Shown in pieces: positions 28,143 through 37,475 of a DNA stretch of 59,954 bases (position 1 is the stretch's first letter; each line of letters opens with the position of its first letter). The notes beneath the pieces were generated by a model that was given only the letters and a program-made list of their open reading frames with translations, was not told the DNA's origin and ran no database searches. Source of the stretch: an uncultured Clostridia bacterium (GTDB taxonomy: Bacteria > Bacillota > Clostridia > UBA1381); the NCBI GenBank assembly GCA_947628155.1, contig CANQYQ010000001.1:1-59954 (forward strand). Reading direction: 5' to 3'. Position numbers and translations under genes: made by a program.

Positions 28143-29179
28143 AGCTCCATATACCTCTCCATCGGCAGCTCGCTGAATTTGTGCGCGCCGTTATATACCG
28201 CGAGCGCCCCGTCCAAAAGCGGCAGCAGCATCACACCGCCCGTACCCTCGCCGTAGCGCATATCCGCGCATATCACCGGTTTTAGTCCAATATATTCGAG
28301 GATTTTTCCGCCCGCCGACTCGCCCGATACATGAGACGCGAGCATGTAATGCTTCACCGGCGGATTTATTTTAACGGCGGCCGCCGCCGATACCGCTGAA
28401 ATAAACCCGTCGATAATAACCGGAATTTTATAAACCGCGCCGCCGAGGAACAACCCCGTCATACCCGCGATATCGAGTCCACCTATCTTCGCGGTAAGCT
28501 CCGCAGCTCTGTCCGCGTCGGGTGCGTTCACCGCTATCGCCCGCCTTATCACGTCGATTTTCCGTGCCAATCCCGCGTCGTCAAGGCCCGCACCGCGTCC
28601 GGTGACGCGTTCGGGCGGCAAATCAAGCAAAACGGACGCCATCGCCGACGCGGTCGTCGTATTGCCTATGCCCATTTCTCCCGCGATAATAATTTTCACA
28701 CCGCTAATCATTAAATCCCGGACAATATCCATACCCGCCGCAATCGCGCTCTCCGCCTCCGCTACGCTCATTGCCGGACCTCTTGTGATATTCGCCGTGC
28801 CATACCTCGTCTTTTTCCGCACCGTACCCGGCACATCCGTTATCATGCCGATATCTGCCGCCGTTACGCCCGCGCCGTATACATTCGCCAGCCGATTTAT
28901 TCCCGATACGCCGTCCGCGATCGACCTCGCGACAATTGCCGTCACCGCGCTGGTCGTCTGCGTTACGTTTTCCTCCGTCACGCCGTTGTCCGCGCACATT
29001 ATTACAGCTTCGCGGCGGTCGAGCCGGATGTTCTCGTCTCCGGTAATTCCGGAAATTTTTATGATCGCGTCCTCCAGCAGCCCAAGCCCGCGGATCGGCT
29101 TGGCCACATTGTTCCACCGCTTCCTCGCGCGGGTCATTGCCGCCGCGTCGGGCGGGGTAATTAATTTTATTCTTTCCAT
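28139..29179 (-). CDS. cobT: nicotinate-nucleotide--dimethylbenzimidazole phosphoribosyltransferase
   Basis: Start set at ATG 29179 (MERIKLITPPD; RBS GGGGAG). Motifs: ...KPIRGLGLLEDA..., GEMGIGNTTTASA, and C-terminal YGEGTGG, all typical of CobT. Confidence 0.92.
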   Translation of the reverse strand: MERIKLITPPDAAAMTRARKRWNNVAKPIRGLGLLEDAIIKISGITGDENIRLDRREAVIMCADNGVTEENVTQTTSAVTAIVARSIADGVSGINRLANVYGAGVTAADIGMITDVPGTVRKKTRYGTANITRGPAMSVAEAESAIAAGMDIVRDLMISGVKIIIAGEMGIGNTTTASAMASVLLDLPPERVTGRGAGLDDAGLARKIDVIRRAIAVNAPDADRAAELTAKIGGLDIAGMTGLFLGGAVYKIPVIIDGFISAVSAAAAVKINPPVKHYMLASHVSGESAGGKILEYIGLKPVICADMRYGEGTGGVMLLPLLDGALAVYNGAHKFSELPMERYMEL

Positions 29180-30621
29180 CTTGCGTACTCCCCGCATGTG
29201 TTTACAAAATTTACCGCCGTATCCGTATTTGCCCAAAAATGAAGATGGGGAAATCCCGCATACAGTGTCTTTGACGCGTGCGCGCATACATAATCGCCGC
29301 CGCGCGCTCTTTGCGCCGTAAACGCGCTGCCGCAGTCATAAGCGTTCCAGTAGTGGAACTCGCGCGAACGGATTTTTTCACCCCTTTTGCACAGAAGATT
29401 ATCCTCCCTCGCCGTCAGGGTAACGTACCCGAACCGCTGTAATTTATCAGTTTTGTACGCGTCGGTATCTATAACCCCGGCCATATCATACCGCCTTTTA
29501 TCCGCGCCCTCGAGCGTTTTACAAAGATACATAAATCCGCCGCACTCCGCTATCGTCGGCAGTCCGCCGTTAATTTTCGCTCTTATACCGTAAAGCATCG
29601 CCGTATTATCCGATAGAGCCGCCGCGTGAAGCTCCGGATATCCGCCGCCTATTATAAGTCCGCTTATGCCGTCCGGCAGTTTCTTGTCCGCAAGCGGTGA
29701 AAATTTTATAATTTCACATCCCAAAGAACGCAGCAAATCAAAATTATCCTCGTAGTAAAAGCAGAATGCTTTGTCATACGCGACAGCTATTTTAATCGGC
29801 CCGCGCGGCGGCATTGTACCGGGGACACTAAAATCGTCACACGCGCCTTTCGCGGAGCCGCTGAAATTGCCCGTCATCACGGGGACACTAAAATCGACGC
29901 CCGTTTTTGCATCGGGGACACTAAAACTCTCCGCCATGGGGACACTAAACCGCGCGCTTCCGGATTCGTTTGCGCAGCGGATCATATCGTCTATCCTAAG
30001 CGTTTTATCCGCCGTGCGGGCAAGAATATCAAGCTTTAATTGCAGGTTCTTGATTTCGTCCGCCGCGACAAGTCCGAGGCGGCGGCTTTCTATTGAATAT
30101 TCGGCGTTGTACGGCAAGTATCCGAAATATTGTGTGCCAAGCTCATCGCACATTTGCGCTGCCGCCGCTTCAAGGCTTTCGGGCAGCCGGTTAAAAATAA
30201 ATCCGGCGATGATGTTCGGCGTTTTGTACGTTAAAAACCCCTTCATCACCGCGCCTAATGATTCGCTCATACCCTTGCAGTCGATAACGATCACCGCCCG
30301 CGTTCCGGTACCGGCCGCCAGAGCGTGCGCCGAGGCCGTTCCGTTAACGCCGTCGTAGAAGCCCATGACCCCCTCGATCACGGAGATTTCGCCGGCGTTT
30401 TTTTGAAGCAGATAATTTACGGTGTTCTTATCGCACAGCCACGTATCAAGATTTCGCGATTTCGCGCCGATAACGCGGCTGTGGAACATCGGGTCGATAT
30501 AGTCCGGCCCGCATTTAAAGGCGGTAACGTCCATGCCGCGGTTTTTAAGCGCCTGTAAAACGGCGCATGTTACAGTCGTTTTGCCGCAGCCGCTGTGTGT
30601 GCCGGCGATCATAATTCTCAT
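29167..30621 (-). CDS. cbiA: cobyrinate a,c-diamide synthase, with an unusual FSVP-repeat insert in the interdomain linker
   Basis: Start set at ATG 30621 (MRIMIAGTHSGCGKTTVTCAVLQAL; ATGA overlap with the cbiET stop). The C-terminal GATase domain has AECGGFMYL. The insert is encoded by 29821-29949. Confidence 0.92.
   Translation of the reverse strand: MRIMIAGTHSGCGKTTVTCAVLQALKNRGMDVTAFKCGPDYIDPMFHSRVIGAKSRNLDTWLCDKNTVNYLLQKNAGEISVIEGVMGFYDGVNGTASAHALAAGTGTRAVIVIDCKGMSESLGAVMKGFLTYKTPNIIAGFIFNRLPESLEAAAAQMCDELGTQYFGYLPYNAEYSIESRRLGLVAADEIKNLQLKLDILARTADKTLRIDDMIRCANESGSARFSVPMAESFSVPDAKTGVDFSVPVMTGNFSGSAKGACDDFSVPGTMPPRGPIKIAVAYDKAFCFYYEDNFDLLRSLGCEIIKFSPLADKKLPDGISGLIIGGGYPELHAAALSDNTAMLYGIRAKINGGLPTIAECGGFMYLCKTLEGADKRRYDMAGVIDTDAYKTDKLQRFGYVTLTAREDNLLCKRGEKIRSREFHYWNAYDCGSAFTAQRARGGDYVCAHASKTLYAGFPHLHFWANTDTAVNFVNTCGEYARWKE
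29821..29949 (+). repeat. four same-strand copies of GGGGACACTAAA(A) inside cbiA
   Basis: Copies start at 29821, 29881, 29914 and 29938, with spacings of 60, 33 and 24 nt. On the coding (minus) strand each reads TTT AGT GTC CCC, which is F-S-V-P. Confidence 0.9.
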
Positions 30622-31814
30622 CGTCTGCCTCCTTGTATAATGAAGATTGGATTTTGCGCGTCCATCATCGTGTGATCGCCGATTTTTTTTGTTCGCGTAA
30701 CGGCAATTTGTATTATATCGCACGGCAGCCCAAGCGAACCGAACGCGGCGCGGCATTGTTCAAGCGTTTCAAGCGATATTGCCGGCGCGGCGATTTGAAC
30801 GCGCGGATTTTTTCGGAATGCCGCGTTTATTACCTCGCCGATCTCACCGCCCGAGCCGCCGATAAACACGCGGTCGGGAGCGGGAAGTGAGGATATCGCC
30901 AAAGCCGCGTCGGAATGCAATATTTCAATGTTGTCGCACCCAAATTTTTTTCGGTTTTCATCTGTAAGCCTGACAGCTTCATCGCTTTTATCGATCGCGT
31001 AAACCGTGCCGTCGGAGCAGCGCAGCGCCATTTCGACGGAGACAGAGCCGGTGCCGCAGCCGATATCCCAGCAAATATCGGTTTGCCCTATGCCGAGCTT
31101 CGACACGCAAACCGCGCGTATTTCCGATTTTGTCATAGGAACGCCGCCGCGTATAAATTCGCCGTCCGGTATGCCTGTTCTCACTCCGTGCTCATAATCG
31201 GGATTTTCCACGAGCAGCACGCATAAATTATCGGTTTTTTCGTTGACAAAATCCGCCGCTTTGCCCGTTAAAATCCGTTCGTTTTCCATAGCTAAATTTT
31301 CACCTATGCGGATTTTTACATTTTCCATGCCGTATTCGCAAAGCCGTGCGCAGACGGCGGCGGCGGTTATACTGCCGCCGAGCAGGAAAAAGGTCAATTT
31401 ATTCGCGCGTACGCCGCGTGCGATGTTGGCCGTTTTCCCGTGCAGACTGATGAATTTTGCGTTTTGCCACGGCAGCCTGAGTTTTGCGAGGAAATATGAC
31501 GGAGAGGAGATCCCGGGTATAATTTCAACATCATAACGGGACAGACGGTCGGCAAGCCCGTCCGCGCCGCTGTAGAAGCCGGTGTCGCCGGACATAGCTA
31601 CCGCGATATTTTCATATCCGCAGCCGAATATATATTCCGCGATCTCGTCTTGCTTATATGATTCGAACGTCGGCTTGCCTGTAATCGCGAGCATATCAAT
31701 AACGCGCCGCGCGCCTATTATGACCTCCGCGGCGGTCAGCGCGGAATTTGCCGCGGCGGTCAGCGCCGCGTGCCCGTCCATGCCGACGCCGATAATTTTA
31801 ATTTGCTTGCCCAT
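30618..31814 (-). CDS. cbiET: cobalt-precorrin-7 C5-methyltransferase / cobalt-precorrin-6B C15-methyltransferase (decarboxylating), fused CbiE-CbiT
   Basis: 398 aa. The N-terminal tetrapyrrole methylase domain has IKIIGVGMDG and SGDTGFYSG. The C-terminal SAM methyltransferase domain has DIGCGTGSVSVE. Confidence 0.9.
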   Translation of the reverse strand: MGKQIKIIGVGMDGHAALTAAANSALTAAEVIIGARRVIDMLAITGKPTFESYKQDEIAEYIFGCGYENIAVAMSGDTGFYSGADGLADRLSRYDVEIIPGISSPSYFLAKLRLPWQNAKFISLHGKTANIARGVRANKLTFFLLGGSITAAAVCARLCEYGMENVKIRIGENLAMENERILTGKAADFVNEKTDNLCVLLVENPDYEHGVRTGIPDGEFIRGGVPMTKSEIRAVCVSKLGIGQTDICWDIGCGTGSVSVEMALRCSDGTVYAIDKSDEAVRLTDENRKKFGCDNIEILHSDAALAISSLPAPDRVFIGGSGGEIGEVINAAFRKNPRVQIAAPAISLETLEQCRAAFGSLGLPCDIIQIAVTRTKKIGDHTMMDAQNPIFIIQGGRR

Positions 31815-32553
31815 TGTATTCCTCCAGAAGCTGTTTTGCTTTGTTTACGTCTATTCCGTCTTCGGCCGGGCGCGTAATGATGAGCGCCGTAACGCCAAGC
31901 TCCTTTGAGGCGGCTATTTTTTCGTCATAGCCGCCGAGCCTGCCGCTGTCCTTTGTCACGATGAATTTTGCGCCCGCTCGCCTCAGATGCGCGATATTTT
32001 TCCGAATTGAAAACGGCCCTTTTTCGGCGATGATTTTATCAAAGCCGTACGCGGCGCATTTTTCGTAAATTCCGTCCGCGTCCAGTACGCGTACCGTGCA
32101 CCGCAGGGAAAAGCCGTTTACGGCGCGAAAGCGCGGAAGCTCCTTGCTGCCTGTCGTCAGCAGTATATTTCCGCCGTGATTATTCAGATACTCGACCACG
32201 GATGGGATATCGTTAAAAAAAATCCCGTCGCCGCGCTTTGCCGTCGTTTCGCGCAGTACGCGGATATATGCCGCGCCCGTTTGAGAACATGCCCGCCGTA
32301 TATTTTCCGTTGCCTCGACCGCATACGGATGAGTCGCGTCAAAAACCGGATCGATATCGTTTTTCGCGATAAATTCCGCCATTTCCGCGGCCGTTTTCCG
32401 TCCCGTTACGGCGTGTATATACGGTGATTTTATAAGCTGCGCCGCGCCGTAGTCCGTAGCCGAGCTCACATACGCGCCGATACGCTTTTTTGCGCAGAAC
32501 CGCGCTAGCTGCCCCCCTTCGGCAGTACCGCCGAAAATCAGTATTTTACACAT
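31798..32553 (-). CDS. cbiJ: cobalt-precorrin-6A reductase
   Basis: Start set at ATG 32553 (MCKILIFGGTAEG). THPYA motif (DATHPYAVEAT) and C-terminal TKDSG are typical of CbiJ/CobK. Confidence 0.88.
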   Translation of the reverse strand: MCKILIFGGTAEGGQLARFCAKKRIGAYVSSATDYGAAQLIKSPYIHAVTGRKTAAEMAEFIAKNDIDPVFDATHPYAVEATENIRRACSQTGAAYIRVLRETTAKRGDGIFFNDIPSVVEYLNNHGGNILLTTGSKELPRFRAVNGFSLRCTVRVLDADGIYEKCAAYGFDKIIAEKGPFSIRKNIAHLRRAGAKFIVTKDSGRLGGYDEKIAASKELGVTALIITRPAEDGIDVNKAKQLLEEYNGQAN

Positions 32554-33274
32554 TTTTATATCCTCTCGGCGTAACCATTCTTCCGTTGATAATTTTCGTC
32601 TCACCGCTGCCGATAAATACGGTCGTGAACATATCCGCGTCAGCGGAGCTTAGTTGCTCAAGCGTAAGTATGCGTGCCGTTTCGCCGTCTCTGCCGATAT
32701 TTTTCACTATGCCGCAGACGGTGGTTTTATCACGGTATTCAAGCAGAATCTCACAGGCGCGGGCAAGGTGAGTTTTCCGCTTGCTTGACGCGGGATTGTA
32801 CAGCGCGATTGCGAAGCCGCCCCGCGCCGCCCCGCGCAGACGCTGTTCGATCACGTTCCGAGGCGTAAGCAAATCGGATAGGCTGATGACCGCGAAATCG
32901 TTTGTCAGCGGCGCGCCCAAAAGCGCCGCGCCGCTTAACGCCGCCGTGACGCCAGGTATAATCTCGACCTCGGCGCCGGGATATTTTTGCGCAAGCGAGA
33001 GCGCGGGCGAGGCCATGCCGTAAACTCCCGCGTCGCCGCTGCAGACCAAAGACACGGTTTTGCCGCCCGCCGCCGCGTTAAACGCAAGCATAATGCGTTT
33101 GCGTTCGCCGCGCATGGGTGTGGTTATAAATTCCTTATTGGGAAAAATTCGTCTCACAAGCTCCGCGTAAACGGTGTATCCGACTATGATATCGCTTTTT
33201 TCAAGCGCCGCTCTCGCGGCAATCGTCATCCCGGCTTCGCCGCCCGGACCTATTCCGACTATATACAGCTTCAT
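32546..33274 (-). CDS. cbiH: cobalt-factor III / precorrin-3B C17-methyltransferase
   Basis: MKLYIVGIGPGG..., SGDAGVYGMA, IIPGVTAA are tetrapyrrole methylase motifs. Its position next to cbiG fits CbiH. Confidence 0.92.
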   Translation of the reverse strand: MKLYIVGIGPGGEAGMTIAARAALEKSDIIVGYTVYAELVRRIFPNKEFITTPMRGERKRIMLAFNAAAGGKTVSLVCSGDAGVYGMASPALSLAQKYPGAEVEIIPGVTAALSGAALLGAPLTNDFAVISLSDLLTPRNVIEQRLRGAARGGFAIALYNPASSKRKTHLARACEILLEYRDKTTVCGIVKNIGRDGETARILTLEQLSSADADMFTTVFIGSGETKIINGRMVTPRGYKNV

Positions 33275-34285
33275 CTATAATTCCCTCGCAAAATCAATAA
33301 GTACATCCTCCTCGGCCGCCGCGAAGGTCATGCCGCCGCGCGCCGTTTTTTTGATGATTATCCTCCCGCCGCCGCAGACAGCGGCTCTTTCGCATACGTT
33401 ATCCGTGCCGGTGATTTTTTTCACAAATTCCGAGCCGATAAATTCACCCGGCGCGGCGTTTAATTCACGCGCCGAATGAAATATGAGCGGAATTTTATTT
33501 TTTCGGCAAAATTCAATAACGGCAGGCTCGTCCTTTTTTAAATCTATCGTATGCACTCCGCCTATTCTGTAAAGCGGCAGATTATTCTGAGCCATGGTAT
33601 CCCGTATAAATTCCGAAAGCCTTTTGGGATCTGTGCCGCGCTTACAGCCTATGCCGACGGAAATGTTTTTCGGAATGAGCCGCAGCGTTATATCAAACGG
33701 TTTTTTATCCTCGCGGCCTATGTAAATCCCGACCCGCGTGTTTTTGCCGAAATATTGCTCCGGTATGTTTATTGCCGTATGATCGCATACAAGACCGATT
33801 TTTTCACCGTCCAGAACCGCCGCCGCGATTTCCTTTGCCGCGCTCACATCGCTTATATGAAGGCTGTTAGCCATGGCAAAGCTGTCGGGAGAAAATTTGC
33901 CGCCGGAATCAGTAGCGGTTGTTATCACCGGAACCGCCCCGATAATTTGGGCGATTTTTTTCGCGAGTGCGTTCGCGCCGCCGACGTGGCCGGACAAAAT
34001 CGGCACGGCGAATCTGCCGGAATCGTCGATTACGATTACAGCCGGGTCGGTCATCTTCGACACGATATGCGGCGCGGCGGCGCGGACGGCGATCCCGCAC
34101 GCGCAGATGAAAACCAGCGCGTCGTATTTTGAAAATATATCGCCTACAAGCTTTTTTAAATCGGAAAAGACCTCCGCGCCGTCCGCGTGCTTGTAAAACA
34201 TATAACGCTCACATTCGATTGAGTCAGCAATTTTTCGTGATAATTTTCCGCCGTTTTCCGTGATTGAAATAATAGCCGCTTTCAT
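33275..34285 (-). CDS. cbiG: cobalt-precorrin-5A hydrolase
   Basis: 336 aa. ...LVFICACGIAVRAAAP...VIVIDDSGRFAVPILSGHVGGAN... and C-terminal VGIGCKRG are CbiG N- and C-domain signatures. Confidence 0.9.
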   Translation of the reverse strand: MKAAIISITENGGKLSRKIADSIECERYMFYKHADGAEVFSDLKKLVGDIFSKYDALVFICACGIAVRAAAPHIVSKMTDPAVIVIDDSGRFAVPILSGHVGGANALAKKIAQIIGAVPVITTATDSGGKFSPDSFAMANSLHISDVSAAKEIAAAVLDGEKIGLVCDHTAINIPEQYFGKNTRVGIYIGREDKKPFDITLRLIPKNISVGIGCKRGTDPKRLSEFIRDTMAQNNLPLYRIGGVHTIDLKKDEPAVIEFCRKNKIPLIFHSARELNAAPGEFIGSEFVKKITGTDNVCERAAVCGGGRIIIKKTARGGMTFAAAEEDVLIDFAREL

Positions 34286-35037
34286 CCTTCCGCCTTCCTG
34301 AACCCTGTTTCAAAACCCGCGTCATAGAGCCTTGAGAGCAAATGATCATTGCCCAGAAAATTCCCGACGCATATAAGCGCGGTTTTTGTTATGCCGTGCT
34401 CCTTTGCCGTTTTATCAAGTGTATCCACCGTGCAGCGGCATATTTTCTCATCCCTCCATGTCGCCTTGTACACGATCGCCGCGGGTGTGTTTTTATCATA
34501 GCCGCCGCGGATCAATTCCTCGGACAGCATGCGCGTTTTTGCCGCGCTTAAAAATATAACCATAGTCGCGTTATGCGCGGCAAGCGCGGCTATGCTCTCG
34601 CGTTCAGGTACGCTTGTCCGTCCCGCCGCGCGCGTTATGATAACCGTTTGTGATACTCCGGGAAGCGTGTATTCCGCCTTCAAGGCTGCCGCCGCGCCGC
34701 TCAACGAGCTTACGCCCGGGCATATTTCATATTCTATGCCGAGATTGTTAAGCGCGTCCGCTTGCTCGCGTATCGCTCCGTAGAGCGATGGGTCGCCCGA
34801 GTGAAGCCGAACCGTCATTTTGCGCGCGGCTTCGGCGCGCGTTATAACATTAATTACATCGTCAAGCGTCATAAACGCGCTGTTGTGAATTTCGCAGCCC
34901 GGTTTTGCGTATTTAAGCAGCTCGGGGTTTACAAGCGAACCGGCGTAGATTATAACGTCCGCGTCCGCGATAAGCCTCGCGCCGCGTATAGTTATCAAAT
35001 CGGTCGCGCCGCAGCCCGCGCCAACAAAATTAACCAT
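34282..35037 (-). CDS. cbiF: cobalt-precorrin-4 C11-methyltransferase
   Basis: MVNFVGAGCGATDLITIRGARLI...RLHSGDPSLYGA...ICPGVSS are CbiF/CobM motifs. Confidence 0.93.
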   Translation of the reverse strand: MVNFVGAGCGATDLITIRGARLIADADVIIYAGSLVNPELLKYAKPGCEIHNSAFMTLDDVINVITRAEAARKMTVRLHSGDPSLYGAIREQADALNNLGIEYEICPGVSSLSGAAAALKAEYTLPGVSQTVIITRAAGRTSVPERESIAALAAHNATMVIFLSAAKTRMLSEELIRGGYDKNTPAAIVYKATWRDEKICRCTVDTLDKTAKEHGITKTALICVGNFLGNDHLLSRLYDAGFETGFRKAEG

Positions 35038-36166
35038 TGTATTCCTCCGTGATTTTTTGTATCATCTCCGCCGCTTCGGGTGTTTGACCTATTACGCCGA
35101 ATTTGTCCGAAAACACCAGCGCCCCAGTTTTTATATTTCCGTTCGCGCGCAAGCCGAGATAATACCGTATACGGCTCATGAGGATTTTTGATGTTTTATC
35201 CAAGATCCCCGCGTCCTTGATAATCGACAGGGCGGCGTCGGCGGTCGCGCAGCCGGGGATCTCCCTTAGAGCTTCGATCTCCGCGCCCGCCATTAGTGCG
35301 CACGTGACAAGCACGTCCATTCGCGCGTCGCCGCGCGACGAATGCGTGTTCATAATTCCCGCGCCCAGCTTTACAAGCTTGCCGATATGTCCGACAATTA
35401 GCGCGCCGCCGAAACCGAGTTCTGCCGCCGTATCGATCGCCTCACCGATGAAATTGGAGCATGTAACACATTTCCCGGCAGCGAACGGCATATGTGTTTT
35501 CAAAAAGCCGCTGCCGTAATTCCCTATTGTGAGAACAAGGTTTTTTATTCCCTCCGCGCGGCGCATTTTCATTTCCGTACGCATCGTTGCGATAATGGCG
35601 TCATTGCTCATCGGCTCGACAATACCGGTCGTGCCGATAATTGAAATGCCGCCTGTTATGCCCATGCGGGGGTTATACGTTTTTTCCGCGGCGCGCGCGC
35701 CGCCGGGGACGAAAATCGTTATTTTTATTCCGCCGGTGTAATTATTTGCCGCGCATTCTTCCGCGACCGCCTCGGTTATCATTTTTCGCGGTACGCTGTT
35801 AATGGCTGCCGCGCCGACCGGCTGGTCGAGTCCGGCTTTGGTGACGATGCCCACGCCTTCGCCGCCATGTATTTCTATACCGTGCGTGGATTTTTCGGCC
35901 CGCGCGTATATAAGCAGACCGTCCGTGGCGTCGGGATCGTCGCCGCCGTCTTTTCTGACGGCGCATACGGCGCCGTTATCGGAAATGTACGCGTCGGAAA
36001 TATCAAGCGACAATGGTATGCCCTTCGGCGTGATAAGCACGGCGGAATCGGGGAATTTGCCGCCTAAAAGCGCGGCTGCCGCCGCCTTTGCCGCCGCGGC
36101 CGCGCATGAGCCGGTCGTGTATCCGCGGCGCAGCCGCTTGCCGTATTTGTATATGTAATTATCCAT
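35030..36166 (-). CDS. cbiD: cobalt-precorrin-5B C1-methyltransferase
   Basis: ...LRRGYTTGSCAAAAAKAA...GGDDPDATDG...GIVEPMS... is the typical CbiD pattern. 378 aa. Confidence 0.93.
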   Translation of the reverse strand: MDNYIYKYGKRLRRGYTTGSCAAAAAKAAAAALLGGKFPDSAVLITPKGIPLSLDISDAYISDNGAVCAVRKDGGDDPDATDGLLIYARAEKSTHGIEIHGGEGVGIVTKAGLDQPVGAAAINSVPRKMITEAVAEECAANNYTGGIKITIFVPGGARAAEKTYNPRMGITGGISIIGTTGIVEPMSNDAIIATMRTEMKMRRAEGIKNLVLTIGNYGSGFLKTHMPFAAGKCVTCSNFIGEAIDTAAELGFGGALIVGHIGKLVKLGAGIMNTHSSRGDARMDVLVTCALMAGAEIEALREIPGCATADAALSIIKDAGILDKTSKILMSRIRYYLGLRANGNIKTGALVFSDKFGVIGQTPEAAEMIQKITEEYNG

Positions 36167-36218
36167 TGTTATGACCTTTATGGGAAATTTTAGTTTTGGG
36201 CCGTACAGACCGATAAAT

Positions 36219-36863
36219 TCATCTCTTAGTGTCGTGTATCATATACAGCAGAGAGTTGCATATCGCGGCGGCGACGGGGCTGCCGCCCTTTCTGCCGTTT
36301 GACACGATATACGGCGCGCCGCTCGCTTTAATCAGTTCCTTTGCCCGCGTGACGTTCACGAATCCAACCGGCACGCCAATCACAAGCGAGGGGGAAATGC
36401 CGCCGCTCTGTGTGAGACCGCGCAGGCGAATGAGCGCTGTCGGGGCGTTGCCTACGGCGAAAATTATATTCTTGTTCCCGTAAAGCTTTGCCGCCTTGTC
36501 CATGGCCGCGGCGGCGCGCGTGGTTCCGTTTGCCGCCGCCCGCTCCGCCACGTCGGGATCGGCCATGAAGCAGTGCGCCTCGCAGTTAAGCGAATATAGC
36601 GCGCGTTTGTTTATGCCGGACAGCGCCATATTCGTGTCAGTCACGATAACCGCGCCGCTTTGTAATGCGGCGATGCCGCGTTTTACGGCATTTTCGGAAA
36701 ACTCCAGGCTTTTAACATAATCAAAATCGGCGGTTGTGTGAATAACGCGCTTGAGCACGGTTCTTTCCGTATCCGTAAGCCACGGTGTTTCGCCTATTTC
36801 CGATTCAATTATTTCCATGCTCCGCCGTTCAATATCGGCGGGACGGATATTTTCAGCTTTCAT
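36219..36863 (-). CDS. cbiC: cobalt-precorrin-8 methylmutase
   Basis: ...VIHTTADFDY..., FAVGNAPTAL, GVPVGFV and GGSPVAAA are CbiC/CobH hallmarks. 214 aa. Confidence 0.93.
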   Translation of the reverse strand: MKAENIRPADIERRSMEIIESEIGETPWLTDTERTVLKRVIHTTADFDYVKSLEFSENAVKRGIAALQSGAVIVTDTNMALSGINKRALYSLNCEAHCFMADPDVAERAAANGTTRAAAAMDKAAKLYGNKNIIFAVGNAPTALIRLRGLTQSGGISPSLVIGVPVGFVNVTRAKELIKASGAPYIVSNGRKGGSPVAAAICNSLLYMIHDTKR

Positions 36864-37395
36864 TTGACCGTTTCCTTTTCCAAATAAATATTACCGCCGC
36901 CAAGACCGCGATTACCGCGGCAGCCGCCGCAATCGCCGCCGGAATCGCGGCCTTCCTGCCAAACGCATTCTTCGGCAGGCCGGATGATTCAAACACAAGC
37001 GTCCTGTCGTACCATTTTTGCTTTTTTATACTCCACGCGGCGCAGTCGATTTCCGTGTCGAGTGCTTCGACCGGAACGGTGTATGTATATTTGCCGCCGC
37101 TGTTTTCGGTGAAATATATACATTCGCTGTCGGGAGCGGCGGACGCTTCAGCGCCTGTGCCCATAAACAGCTTTTCATAGCCCTTGCCGCTTAATGTCAT
37201 TGCCGCCCGCATTTTTCCGCCGGCGATGGTAAGAGTGCAGTCCGCTATACGAAACATCGATGAGCTTGATGTTACGGTAATAGGGTATTCGCCGTCGTTA
37301 AGCTCATCGGCGTATATCGGCCGCTTTTGCGCCGCTATGCATACGGATTGCAGCATCAGCAGCGCCGCGCACAGGCATAATATGATTTTTTTCAT
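36853..37395 (-). CDS. hypothetical exported, C-terminally membrane-anchored protein (paralog of 41789-42211)
   Basis: Start set at ATG 37395 (RBS GGAGGAG). Signal peptide MKKIILCLCAALLMLQSVCIAAQ, a soluble domain of about 120 aa, then a C-terminal TM (AAIPAAIAAAAAVIAVLAAVIFIW) and a basic tail (KRKRSNES). Confidence 0.65.
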   Translation of the reverse strand: MKKIILCLCAALLMLQSVCIAAQKRPIYADELNDGEYPITVTSSSSMFRIADCTLTIAGGKMRAAMTLSGKGYEKLFMGTGAEASAAPDSECIYFTENSGGKYTYTVPVEALDTEIDCAAWSIKKQKWYDRTLVFESSGLPKNAFGRKAAIPAAIAAAAAVIAVLAAVIFIWKRKRSNES

Positions 37396-37475
37396 ATGCT
37401 CCTCCATTAGATTTATGTTTATATGGTCGCGCCGGTTCGGCGATTTGTTAACAATGCTGCGAAAAAAGTTCCGGT

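Noticed and set aside
29821-29949. GGGGACACTAAA copies as a mini-CRISPR, or as adapter or primer contamination.
   Set aside because: The repeat is only 12-13 nt with irregular 11-50-nt gaps. It lies inside intact reading frames that remain open and sensible (the CbiA linker and the TsaE N-terminus). I do not recognise it as a common adapter. It is kept as an unexplained finding rather than given either label.
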